Both the position numbers and the translations under genes were made by a program. From the NCBI GenBank assembly GCA_048013815.1, contig CM106586.1:3906001-3970000 (forward strand): a stretch of DNA of 64,000 nt. Reading direction: 5' to 3'. How positions within the stretch are numbered: the first letter of the stretch is position 1; every line of letters starts with the position of its first letter. The notes under the pieces were generated by a model. That model was given only the letters and a program-made list of their open reading frames with translations. It was not told the DNA's origin and did no database searches. Of this stretch, positions 36,840 through 47,523 are shown in pieces. The DNA is from Setoptus koraiensis (Eukaryota; Animalia; Arthropoda).

Positions 36840-39146
36840 GGTATTATGCGGGGTATTGGGCAAAAAGAAGTGGCAATTCGATGTGCAGTCTAACGATGTT
36901 AAATTGGCCAACCATATGGAACAGTCGGGCACGCCGGGCCGCATTCACATCACAGAGGATACCCTGAGGGCGCTAGACAATCAGTACGAGGTCGAGGTCG
37001 GCAACGGACACCTGAGAGACACCTATATAGCCGAGCGTAACATGAATACCTATTTTGTGATACCGCCCAGGGGTAGGCTCAGAAATCAAACTAGCGGCGG
37101 CGCCACCATAATAGCCGATCATCCTGCCACGGAGCCCCTGATGCAGCCGGCACCGTGCCTAAGTGCCCATCATCAGCAGCATCGTCAGCATCAGCAATTG
37201 TTGCAATCGGCGGCCGACCTGACAGCGCCACCAGGTAAATCGACCAGCGACTTGCCAGGCTCAGCAGACAAGCCGGCCTCGAGACACGGCCAAGCGGCGC
37301 AGCCAGACCAAAGGGCCCAAAAGGGGCCCCTGACGGGCCAAATCAGTGGCGCTGCTGCTGGCGCGTCAGCGACAACAATTGGCAATCATCGGCAATCGCT
37401 TGGCAGCCTACAGCAGCGACAGCTGGTGCTGCAATCTGAAAGTGAAGTTCCGCTGCAGGTAGGCCCCGATGGAGCGAAATCGCTTGTGACAAACGACGAC
37501 ACACCAACTGACTCAACGGTAGCGTCGGCAGCGCCACAAAGCGGCCAGGATTTGCAATGCCAAGTGGTGCAAAGCAACGAGCCGTCGTCGTTGCATAATA
37601 ACGCCAACGCCTATGCCGGTGGCCAGAGATCCAAGACGCCATCTTTGGTGAGCGACTCGAGTCAGCAGCAGCCTAAGCTGAGATTTCGCGACGCCACTAG
37701 GCGACTGATGAACGCACTACATTTTATACAGACCATTGATGCGCCATTCTCAAATTTAGACCTATGCATAGACGGCTCCATCAGCGCCGATGTTGCCGGG
37801 GCCCATTCGCTAGGCGGCGCAACCAGTCTGGGCCAGTCTGAGCATCAGTGCAACTTAATGCTGGCCAACAATTCCAATGAGCAGGCTATGCTGTCTGCAT
37901 CGTCGTCGCTATCGAAAAAATTGCGTCACGGTCACAGAATTGGCGCCGGCTCCAAGGATTCGCGTAGCAGTGATAATGATGATGACGACGACGACGATGA
38001 CGACGACGACGAAGATGACGACGACGAAGACGACGATGAAGAGGTGGCGAGACGCACCAGAGAACGCCAACTGAGAGGGGGCAAAAGAAAAGAGTCGCTT
38101 ATGGCCTCGATTAGAGACACAATAAGGGGCAAAAATTTGTACAATAAGGGGACAAAAACGGAGACCGGAAGCGGCAAGCAGGGGCCATTTAAGGAGCACC
38201 GAGCCAACAATTCGGTGCGGGCCTCTCTAGCGTCTATTGTCAATCATCAGCAGCCGGCGCAACGTGTGTCAGCAACAACAATGACAACATCAACAACAGC
38301 AAACGACAACAATTTCAGGCACGTGGCGCGCTACTCGTTGCCGCAGCAACAATTGTATCAGATGCTGGCGCTGAGGTCTAACCAGGCGAACCAAGTTCGG
38401 GCCAGATCTACAACGACCACGCTGTTGGAAGACGGAACAACAGCGACAACAACGACACCGGTGCCAACCACGACAGGTGTAGCCGGCGACAAGGTGAGCC
38501 AAGGTGATTTGAAGCGACAGTCGTGCGCGGGTAATTTGCAGCAACAGCAGCAGCAGCATGAGCAGGATGCGACCACCAAATCATCGGCATGTTATCAACA
38601 AGTGCACTTGCAAGAGAAAAGCTCGCCAAATGATGATGCAAATGAGAACATTCTAAGTAGATTGTGTCACTTGATTGCATCGTGCAACCTGTTCCGTTGC
38701 TTTTGCGACAATCACAGCCAGCACAGAGCGGTGGTGCTGATAAGTGGCCAACAGCAACAAACAAACAGATTGTCAACAACAACCGACAACAGCCATCATG
38801 CCAACAGCAACAATCAACCGGCGCCAATTAATAAGCAATCTGTGTCAAACAACAACAACAACAACAATTCGTGTAATACTAATAAGCAGGCCCCACAAGC
38901 CAACAGTGCGCAATTGTCGGTTGCTGTCAACTCAAATTTGTACAAAGCCATTCTGGCCCACAGCAGGGATTGCGAGAAATATACAAATATCGACAGGTTC
39001 ACATTGAATTTATCCGATCCAGCAAAAGAGCGTTCGTTCAGGCGTGAGGAGTTGAACAAGAACGAAAGAAGTTTCACACTGTGCTTGCAGTGCCTGGTGG
39101 TCATACTCATTCTCATAGTGTTCGCCCTGCTCATTCAGTGGGCCCC
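36840..39146 (+). CDS. ADCY2: Adenylyl cyclase exon: end of C1a, very long low-complexity C1b, and TM7
   Basis: Acceptor AACAG|G. Reads [34 protein letters not shown] and is open for 2307 nt. Donor CC|GTAAGT at 39146/39147 (phase 2). Confidence 0.92.
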
Positions 39147-39325
39147 GTAAGTATCATCGCCGGTGCTCATCCGGTCATCATCACGTATCCGGACAATATC
39201 CGGATACGTGATGATGCCAGCGTCATGTTACGCGAACAATATCCCAATGTCACCGTGTAGCGCGTCGATACTAACCGATTCAAATCACTTTTCTCGCAAA
39301 TCTTTCGCATCTTTGCATCATACAG

Positions 39326-39611
39326 ACAAGCGGTGGTGATGCCATTCTCTTTTGTGGCTCTTGGCTGGCTCAGTCTCATTGTGTTTGTCACCATGACGAT
39401 AAGACCGAAAAAGAAGAGGAAATCAAATCGTTCCTATGACAACAGAGATATCTGTGATACAATTATGTCATTTAGTTGCTGTTTTTCGACCAGAGCAAAA
39501 CGGAAGCAGCTCCGATTAACTATCAGAAGCTTGTACAGGCGCTTCAAGTTACGTCCTCTAGTGACCAACATGAGCATCATATTGATTTATCTAATGATTC
39601 ACGCCGTGCTG
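39326..39611 (+). CDS. ADCY2: Adenylyl cyclase M2 exon (two TM helices)
   Basis: Acceptor CATACAG|A (phase 2) and donor CTG|GTAAGT; hydrophobic segments; frame links the flanking exons. Confidence 0.82.
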
Positions 39612-39679
39612 GTAAGTCGACAATAATAATTATAATAATACATGTAATAACGCAATAATGATAATCTCGCCAATGTCTT

Positions 39680-39765
39680 GATAATGTCGCGTCTCGATAA
39701 TGTCGCGTCTCGATAACGTCACGTCTCGACAACGTCACGTCTCGATAACGTCGCGTCTCGATAAT
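39680..39765 (+). repeat. 16-nt tandem repeat (GATAATGTCGCGTCTC) x5
   Basis: Read directly; fills about one third of a 259-nt intron. Confidence 0.9.
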
Positions 39766-39870
39766 GAGGCCACCAGGGCGCCAAATTATCAAGAAAGAAA
39801 CAAACAACGTCAGAGAAACAAGTGATTAATGTAATGATCCAATTGACGACTCTCCCTCTCTCGTGTGCAG

Positions 39871-40548
39871 TTTTGGGGAAATCCCGGCGCTCATTATTGT
39901 AATGACGGCACGGGCCCGATGGCAAACTCAAGCGATTGTCCGGCGGCCAATCATAATGAAGCGGCATTGGTGGAAGGGGGCAACCAATCGTTGTTGTTGG
40001 CGCGACCTTCGTTACAGGCAGAGGCTTTCATGTATTATTCAAGCGGACAATATCTATTAATTTATTTAATGCTATCCAAAGTGCCCGTTATAACCTTCTT
40101 GCGTCAGCCATTCAAAGAGAAATTCCTCATTATACTAGCCTTAAATATTGTCGACAGTGCCTTTATTATCCGTCAGTATAACAATGATAATTTTGTTACT
40201 TTCAATGGTAGATCATCGTCATTAATGGAGGTGGCAACAAATAATACCAATAACAACAGCGACCATTACATAACCGATCAGTGGCTAACGTGCAATTTTC
40301 CCAATACTCAGCACTCGTTTATGGTGCTATTCTTGATAATGAGCAACTTCTTCGGCGTTGCCATATTGGTGTATGCCCATCAAAACGAATATACCTATAG
40401 GCGCGATTTTCTTTGGTGCCAGAACGCCAAAGAGGACCGAACGCGAATATATCGGATGCGCGATTGTAATAGATTTATATTTTTCAATTTGTTACCTCCA
40501 CATGTGGCCTCATACTTTCTCGAGCAGCGCACCGTTCGTTCGCACATG
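39871..40548 (+). CDS. ADCY2: Adenylyl cyclase M2 exon through the second coiled coil (...RRDFLW...NLLPPHVASYFL)
   Basis: Acceptor GTGCAG|TTT and donor ATG|GTAAGC; 678 nt; RxDFLW and NLLPxHVA motifs. Confidence 0.9.
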
Positions 40549-40716
40549 GTAAGCCAATACAACCATTATTTACACAAATTATCCATTTATTATCTTGATT
40601 ATTTATACATCTATCTTTATATGGATATCTATCCATATATATATATATATGGATAGATTCATGAATATGTCGATATGATAGTAACTGTTGTCGCTCTTTT
40701 CCGCTCGCCTCTCCAG

Positions 40717-41547
40717 GACTTGTACCACAGATCGTACGAACGGGTGGGCGTCGTGTTCGCCAACGTGTCCAACTTTAGTGAATTCTATTCAGAAGTGTCG
40801 GGCAACAATCACGGACTGGAATGTTTGCGTTTGCTCAACGAAATTATATGCGATTTTGACTCCATTTTGGACGATCAACCCTTCAAGATGATAGACAAAA
40901 TAAAGACAATTGGCACAACATACATGGCGGCCATCGGTCTCATGCCCGATCATCAGATGCAATCGGGATTGATAGATTGTCCTGTCAATGCCAGCGAGGA
41001 GACGCGCAACGAGATATGGCAAAGTAGGAGGCAAGTGGCCATGCTATTGGAGATATTGATTAGATTTGTGTTCGAAATGAAGGCCCGTCTACAGGATATC
41101 AACGAGCATTCGTACAACTGTTTCCGCATGAGGGCCGGCATCAATTTGGGGCCCGTAACGGCGGGCGTGATTGGCGCCAGCAAGCCCCAGTATGACATTT
41201 GGGGTAACACTGTCAATGTGGCCAGTCGCATGGAGAGCACCGCCGAAACAAACAAAATTCAGGTGACTCAGGAGGTTTACTCCATACTCAACGACTTTTA
41301 CAACGAACAACAACCGGCCGATACAGAGGCCAACAACGCGCACACAGCAACAAGTGTCACCGGAAGTCGAGGCAAGGATGTCGAAAGTGTGGAACCGGCG
41401 CCCAAACAACAACGGCTACAACCACAGCAACAACCACAAGAACAAGAGGGGGCCGAGAGTGCCTGCAAATTCAAGTTCACTTGCCGTGGCAGCATCAACG
41501 TCAAGGGAAAGGGATACATGACAACATATTACCTGGAGCGGGCGTAG
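40717..41547 (+). CDS. ADCY2: Adenylyl cyclase C2a terminal exon
   Basis: Acceptor CTCCAG|GAC. Contains ECLRLLNEII, KIKTIGTTYMAA, KPQYDIWGNTVNVASRMES and VKGKG. The ATP-selecting Lys/Asp and catalytic Asn/Arg are present. AATAAA at 41733. The summed exons from 17294 keep frame. Confidence 0.97.
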   Translation, partial: DLYHRSYERVGVVFANVSNFSEFYSEVSGNNHGLECLRLLNEIICDFDSILDDQPFKMIDKIKTIGTTYMAAIGLMPDHQMQSGLIDCPVNASEETRNEIWQSRRQVAMLLEILIRFVFEMKARLQDINEHSYNCFRMRAGINLGPVTAGVIGASKPQYDIWGNTVNVASRMESTAETNKIQVTQEVYSILNDFYNEQQPADTEANNAHTATSVTGSRGKDVESVEPAPKQQRLQPQQQPQEQEGAESACKFKFTCRGSINVKGKGYMTTYYLERA

Positions 41548-41602
41548 TTTTGCTGATTTATACACACCACAACTACCGTTACTCCAACTACTATACTTAC
41601 CA

Positions 41603-41683
41603 CACTATATACATACTATATGCAAACTATATGCAAACTATATGCATACTATATGCATACTATATGCATACTATATACATACT
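41603..41683 (+). repeat. 11-nt tandem repeat (CATACTATATG) x about 7 in the cyclase 3' UTR
   Basis: Read directly. Confidence 0.88.
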
Positions 41684-41816
41684 AGATAGTGTGCTATAAT
41701 TGCCAAAAAGATGCAATGTAGATACAGCGGAAAATAAATGGAAAATTTTGAAAATTCAAATCTCATTATTGAAATTATTTCGCGAGGCTAATCACGTGAC
41801 CAAGATTTGCACTCAC

Positions 41817-41959
41817 CAAGGCGCCCGAAACAACTGACAATTGAAACTGAAAATTGTGAAATGGCGATCATCATTGAGCTTTGCCTATCCCGTGCCCAGA
41901 TCTTCTCGGCCACCACAGTGGCACCAAATGAGCCCATTATTGAAACAATGATAGCGCTC
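41817..41959 (-). other. Unassigned exon-like hydrophobic segment
   Basis: CTATAG| acceptor and TTG|GTGAGT donor bracket SAIIVSIMGSFGATVVAEKIWARDRQSSMMIAISQFSVSIVSCFGRL. No partner exons found. Confidence 0.25.
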
Positions 41960-42867
41960 CTATAGCGCATCGTGATTTACTAGCAAGTGATAACAAATCA
42001 CTAGCGATGGGACTGTTTTTATTTGACAAATTATTGTGATTTTCGGTTTATTCTCGGTGTGTTCAAACAGTGTAGATGGCTTTGCTTTTGCTCCTATCTG
42101 CGACTCCTGCGGGGTACCGCGTGAAAAATAAAATGTTTTCGTTGATTAGATCGGTCGTCTGATAACTGTGATTAACATCTGCACCTGTACCCGCAACTGT
42201 TCGATAAATGAAAACAATGAAACAAAATAACAAAATCCGTTGCTCGTTGGAAACGATAGTCTAGACAGTCTGTCTACTGATACCTCTATTAATATGATCA
42301 GACTACTGATTTCGAGCTTTTCCTGTTCTCGGAAGCTACATTTCTACCTGTCGCAAATTACAGTTACATTTCTAAACTTAATCTGCGCTGACTCCTGCAA
42401 TCGCTCATATATCTCGTTGTTTGTTCTAGTACTGTAAACATGACATATCGGCTCGGAATGACCTTGCCACGCGTAAACAAACAGATAGGAATTTTCTGTC
42501 TTGCCTGTCCTTATCTAACTTTGGACTTTAGAAGATTAGAGATTGTTATTACTATGGCAGCGATAAATATCTTTGGTTGCCACACCCGTGCATTTCGGCG
42601 AAAAACAAAACCAGGAAAAAACCGGAAAAAAATTGGTCCAATCAACTTTCACTTATTAGAAAATTAAAATAATAACAATACGTACGTTTCATCGACATTA
42701 CATTTCACATGTTATATGTCTTATATTAGTTCATATCAACAGTTTTTCATCATATTTCGACCATTCAATCCAGTATTCGGTATATTGCGTGCATTGTCCG
42801 CCCGTATACGCTGTATTTTGTTGACAAACTTAATTAGATTAGTAAAAATTGATTAGCAAAAAGAAGG

Positions 42868-42937
42868 ATGATGTTTTTCTCAGGGGCTATCACAACAAAG
42901 CTGCTCATTGATGCGGCCATTTTGATACTGGTGGCAG
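42868..42937 (+). CDS. GBA: Glucosylceramidase exon 1 (signal peptide)
   Basis: ATG at 42868, hydrophobic MMFFSGAITTKLLIDAAILILVA, donor CAG|GTAAGC (phase 1) fitting the acceptor at 43025/43026. Confidence 0.75.
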
Positions 42938-43025
42938 GTAAGCGAAAGAAAATTTACAAAAACTAAACAGAGCAAAGAGACCATTTTCCAGACTACGATA
43001 TCAACTAATGACCAACTCATCACAG

Positions 43026-44224
43026 CCACCCTCAATGTAGCTCATGGGCACAATACTGGGGGCTGCATCAGAAAGTACTTCGGACAAACTGACCAGCACA
43101 ATATTGTTTGTGTTTGCAATGCAACCTATTGCGACCAATTGAACTTTGAGTGGCCCACGCAAGATGAAATTGCTATTGTTGAAACTGATAGAACGGGAAA
43201 ACGATTTTCCACACGTACTATTGATCTCAAGACCAACAATCATCGATTGTCGTTTGCAGGCAAGTCTGGCGCCAATGATCCCAAAATCACTGTGAAAGTT
43301 GACACCACAAAGAAAATGCAGAAAATATTGGGTTTTGGTGGCGCGTTCACCGATGCAGCAACCATGCACCTGAACAAGATGGACCCAAAAATGGAGCAAG
43401 CCATTCTGGAACAATATTTTGGCGAGCGTGGTCTACAGTACACTATAGGCCGTGTCACAGTGTCCGGTAGCGACTTTTCCGAGAGATCATACTCTTACGA
43501 TGATCTGTTGGCACGAGATGATACTGATTTTGATTTGTTGCAATTCAAATTACAAAAAGAGGACACAAGTTACAAAATTCCAAGCATTTTGAAAGCGAGG
43601 GATATTGTGAGAAAACGATCGAACATCACAGGCGATTTGCGTTTGTTTGCTAGTTCGTGGTCGGCGCCAGCCTGGATGAAAGACAATCTGAGTTTAGTTA
43701 AGGGACATTTGAAAGGCACCAGTTCCGGTTTTTACTACTTTACTTTTGCTCGTTATCTCATACGATTTTTACAAGAATACGAGAAGTTTGGCATTAGATT
43801 TTGGGGACTGACCACTCAGAATGAACCGATGGCGGCGAAACTACCCCACTACAATTTTAATTCTATGATTTTTGAAAAGGATCAATTGAATGATTTTGTG
43901 CGTGATAATCTCGGCCCATTGCTGGTTCAACACAACTATACTAAAGATAATGGATTTAATCTAATTGTGTATGACGATAATATCGAATGTTTAAATGAAT
44001 ACATTGCAAAGATGGCCGATGATGGCACGACAATGGATTATGTGTCTGGAATAGGCCTTCACTGGTATGCTCGTAATGTCTTTCCATACAGCGAATTGGA
44101 TAAAACTCGAAAAATTGTTCCGTCGCCAGACATATTTATTTTATCAACAGAAGCCTGTCACGAAAAAGGCCCAAAACCAGGCGATTGGTGGCGAGGAGAG
44201 GAGTACGCCCGTGACATAATAGAG
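43026..44224 (+). CDS. GBA: Glucosylceramidase (GH30_1) exon 2
   Basis: VCVCNATYCD, QKILGFGGAFTDAA, FASSWSAPAWMK, TQNEP (acid/base Glu) and STEAC (nucleophile Glu). Donor GAG|GTGAGT. Confidence 0.95.
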
Positions 44225-44324
44225 GTGAGTTGCCGTTCATGCCTACAGTTGACAGTATGCGAGGCTGAACCAATTATCAGCTCTCTTTATCTCTCTTTCT
44301 CTCCATTTTGTTTCGTTTTCTCAG

Positions 44325-44409
44325 ACGCTTCGACGCGGAACAGTTGGCTGGGTAGACTGGAATCTTGTGCTTGACATGATTGGTGGCCCCAATTGGGTGC
44401 AGAATTACG
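44325..44409 (+). CDS. GBA: Glucosylceramidase exon 3 (GWVDWNLVLDMIGGPNWVQNY)
   Basis: Pyrimidine tract with CTCAG|ACG acceptor and TACG|GTGAGT donor; GWxDWNL..GGPNW family motif. Confidence 0.95.
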
Positions 44410-44539
44410 GTGAGTAGACGAAAAAAAAATGGAAGACACCATTGATTCTGTTGTTATGCGAGCATCAACGATCTTAACATAGAAAAAAACTTTTTTTGAA
44501 ACGGTTGTGGAAAACCGAAACCCTATTCTGGTTGCTTAG

Positions 44540-45006
44540 TGGACGCGCCAATACTGTACGATCATAACCAGGGCCACTACTACAAAAATCCAATGTATTA
44601 TACGCTAGCTCACTTCACTCGATTTTTGGAACCGGAAGCTACTATAGTCAACAGTGAACTGATTTCATCGCCAGGTTACAGGGAAAGCAAACAATTCAAT
44701 CCTAATTATTTGAATCAATCAGATCCGGGAACACGATTTGTTTTGAACAATAGAATCAATTTGGAAGATAAAAGCAATGTTGTTTTGGAGGAACAGCAGG
44801 ACATTTACGTTATAGCGGCTGTTAGACCAAACAGATTGCACTCGACGGTAATTGTTTTAAACACGGGCTCAAATGAGACAATAGTGAATATACAGCTGAA
44901 TGACAAAACGACATTACATGATTTGTTAATTGGGCCCAGGAGTGTCACCACAATTGTGCTGCCCGCATCGCTCACTAACACTAATACATCTGTAAATATC
45001 CATTAG
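44540..45006 (+). CDS. GBA: Glucosylceramidase terminal exon
   Basis: Acceptor CTTAG|TG; VDAPI..YKNPMYYTLAHFTRFL; stop at 45004-45006; AATAAA at 45091. Confidence 0.92.
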
Positions 45007-45409
45007 ATACTGCTACTCTATCGTTAGGGCATTTCAGCCGTTACTAGCTTTGTAGAGGCGCCTCATAAGTAAAACTGGGCCTCATATATGAATAAAATAC
45101 TAACAATCTTCAGCTTTCTGAAGTTGTAAAATCAACCAGAAAAGCCAATACGGAGAAAATGTTCGCCTACAAAAAGTAGATGATGGTCACCATCATCTTC
45201 TTTTAAACGCGGGTCTTTAACGGTAGAGCCTGAGACTTGGGGGCCTTCTGTTCGGTTTTTGATCGGTTTTCCTTTACAACGGACATTTAGCACTGCTACA
45301 CTGTTATCATTTTTATATTTCTGATATTTTCATATAAAACGTCGAACGATAATTAATTAAATAATTAATTAACAGCGGCATAAAATTGATTAGTTCAACT
45401 TTTGGTCGG

Positions 45410-45510
45410 TTCGAACGTGGCGCGCATTGAGCGCGCACGGGGGTTGCGTCTGTGCGCGGCCCCCACATGCGACTGGTTTCAGTGGCGGTTGGCGCTTGAG
45501 ACTTGAAGTC
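45410..45510 (+). promoter_or_regulatory. GC-rich Cdk1 promoter-like segment with E2F-like and CHR-like words
   Basis: GGCGCG at 45419, TTGGCGC at 45489 and CTTGAA at 45502, about 250-330 nt upstream of the ATG. The motifs are short, so this is context-based inference. Confidence 0.35.
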
Positions 45511-45745
45511 AACCGCCGCTATATGCGCACGTACGTAACTGTCGGCCCACCGGACAAACCACCGAAAGTCGTGACTACGTAACAATACATGTTGATTGTA
45601 CCAGCCAACAAGTATCAACTATCATCATTTTGTAGCTATCAATCTGAACAATCAGATCTGTCACGACTGATCATTCATCATTACTATCATCACAATTGTA
45701 CCATCATCATCATAACTATCATCACAATCATCATTCAATTAGACC

Positions 45746-46072
45746 ATGACAGTACTGGAGGACTACGAGAAACTCGAACGAATCGGAGAGGGCACCTACG
45801 GAGTGGTTTACAAGGCTCGCCATCGAAAGACTGCAAAAATTGTCGCCCTGAAGAAGATCCGGCTCGAGAATGAAGACGAGGGGGTCCCTTCCACTGCCAT
45901 CAGAGAGATATCGCTACTCAAGGAGTTGCAACATCCCAATGTTGTTTGTCTGCAGGATGTACATATGTCCGAGAATCGTCTCTACCTAGTTTTTGAATTC
46001 TTGTCTATGGATCTCAAACGATATCTAGACAGTTTGCCAGAAGATGAGTATATGGATCCTATGTTGCTCAAG
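45746..46072 (+). CDS. CDK1: Cyclin-dependent kinase 1, exon 1
   Basis: IGEGTYG (T14/Y15), PSTAIRE and [15 protein letters not shown]; donor AAG|GTAACT. Confidence 0.97.
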
Positions 46073-46195
46073 GTAACTCAATTCAAACTCATTGACAGCC
46101 ACACCTGTCAAATCTTTACTGTTTTAGACAAAATCCCACTATATTACTCGACACAAACTCACCCATCCTTTCTTTTCTTTTACACAATTCTCTAG

Positions 46196-46792
46196 AGCTA
46201 CCTGTACCAAATGTTAGACGCTCTCATATTCTGTCACAAACGTCGCGTCATACACCGTGATCTCAAACCTCAAAACCTGCTCATAGACTCAAAAGGCGTC
46301 ATTAAAATGGCCGACTTTGGTTTAGCACGTGCATTCGGTATACCAATACGCGCTTATACTCATGAGGTTGTCACATTATGGTATCGCGCTCCAGAGGTCC
46401 TATTAGGCTATCAGCGATACTCAACGCCCGTAGATATGTGGAGCATCGGTTGTATATTTGCTGAAATGGCTACCAAGAAGCCACTATTTCACGGAGACTC
46501 AGAAATAGACCAACTGTTTCGTATTTTTAGAACAATAGGCACACCCACCGAAGAGATTTGGCCAGGAGTAACGTCAATGTCTACCTACAAAGCAACGTTT
46601 CCTAGCTGGAAACAGAACATTCTAAGATCTATCGTGCCACAATTAGAAGATTCTGGCGCTGAGCTACTAGAGAAAATGTTCATATATGATCCTCACAAAA
46701 GACTCACCGCTAAAGCGGCAGCTATTCACAAATATTTCGATGATCTGGATAAAACGGCTGCTGTAAATCCAGGCTGCCCGAAAGTTGATTAA
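46196..46792 (+). CDS. CDK1: Cyclin-dependent kinase 1, exon 2
   Basis: Acceptor CTCTAG|AGC; [31 protein letters not shown] and GDSEIDQ; stop at 46790-46792 with adjacent AATAAA. Confidence 0.97.
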   Translation, partial: SYLYQMLDALIFCHKRRVIHRDLKPQNLLIDSKGVIKMADFGLARAFGIPIRAYTHEVVTLWYRAPEVLLGYQRYSTPVDMWSIGCIFAEMATKKPLFHGDSEIDQLFRIFRTIGTPTEEIWPGVTSMSTYKATFPSWKQNILRSIVPQLEDSGAELLEKMFIYDPHKRLTAKAAAIHKYFDDLDKTAAVNPGCPKVD

Positions 46793-46896
46793 ATAAATCA
46801 TTTTGTATTTTGTTGTTTTAATGGATGAACATGTTTATAACATTGAACACGTTTATTTGTATTTAGTTATTCATCACTCAATTATTAATGAAAGCT

Positions 46897-47523
46897 CTAG
46901 CTATCAGCTGACTTATCTTTGGTGATCTGGTAAATGAGCCTCTGTAATTGGTCCTCATCCAAAGCCTCAGGCATTTCAGCGTCTTCCTCAAGGTTGAGGT
47001 CGTTGAGGACAATGCTTAGTGGTTGACAGAGATCCATAGGATTGTCTGGCACCTCTGTTAATTTTTTCCTCAGAGCCATCTCTTCGACACTGACCAATAG
47101 TTTAGTGTCCACTTGGGCATTGGTAACGACATTGAGAGATCGCCTGCTGTTAACAGTTCGCAATGCGATCTTACCACGATTAGCATAGCGATTCTTTCTA
47201 GAAGCAAATCCTCTGGATGATTGTTGTTGTTCTGGTTCTTTTTCTTTCGTTTTCCTTCTGCTGGCTGGTGACGGTTTCTGGCTCGTCTTCCTGGTCCTAC
47301 TGGTTGCAGCATTAAAGGAATTAACAATTGAAGTTTTCTTTGAATCTTGATTTTCAAGATTGACGTCATCCAATATTTCTAGGTGGTCGTCGTGGTCAAT
47401 AAAATTATCGTAGCTCCTGTGAGTAGCGCCATGTTTTAGATATTTCTCGGACTGTCTCTGGAATTCGTTTCTATCTATAACTATCAAGAAATTGTGGCAT
47501 TCAGGAATGCTCAGTGAAGTCAT
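46897..47523 (-). CDS. Unrecognised 208-aa hydrophilic protein with D-box (RRSLNVVTN)
   Basis: Single ATG-to-stop ORF in repeat-free DNA with a charged, protein-like composition. Minus-strand AATAAA at 46852-46857, 40 nt past the stop. No family recognised. Confidence 0.7.
   Translation of the reverse strand: MTSLSIPECHNFLIVIDRNEFQRQSEKYLKHGATHRSYDNFIDHDDHLEILDDVNLENQDSKKTSIVNSFNAATSRTRKTSQKPSPASRRKTKEKEPEQQQSSRGFASRKNRYANRGKIALRTVNSRRSLNVVTNAQVDTKLLVSVEEMALRKKLTEVPDNPMDLCQPLSIVLNDLNLEEDAEMPEALDEDQLQRLIYQITKDKSADS

Noticed and set aside
44325-44374. Track ORF 43139..44374 taken as one GBA exon
   Set aside because: It reads through intron 44225-44324, and the true exon 3 is in a different frame.
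45120-45330. Minus-strand open frame KYKNDNSVAVLNVRC...RIGFSG after a CAG
   Set aside because: No upstream exon or start could be linked and no family was recognised.
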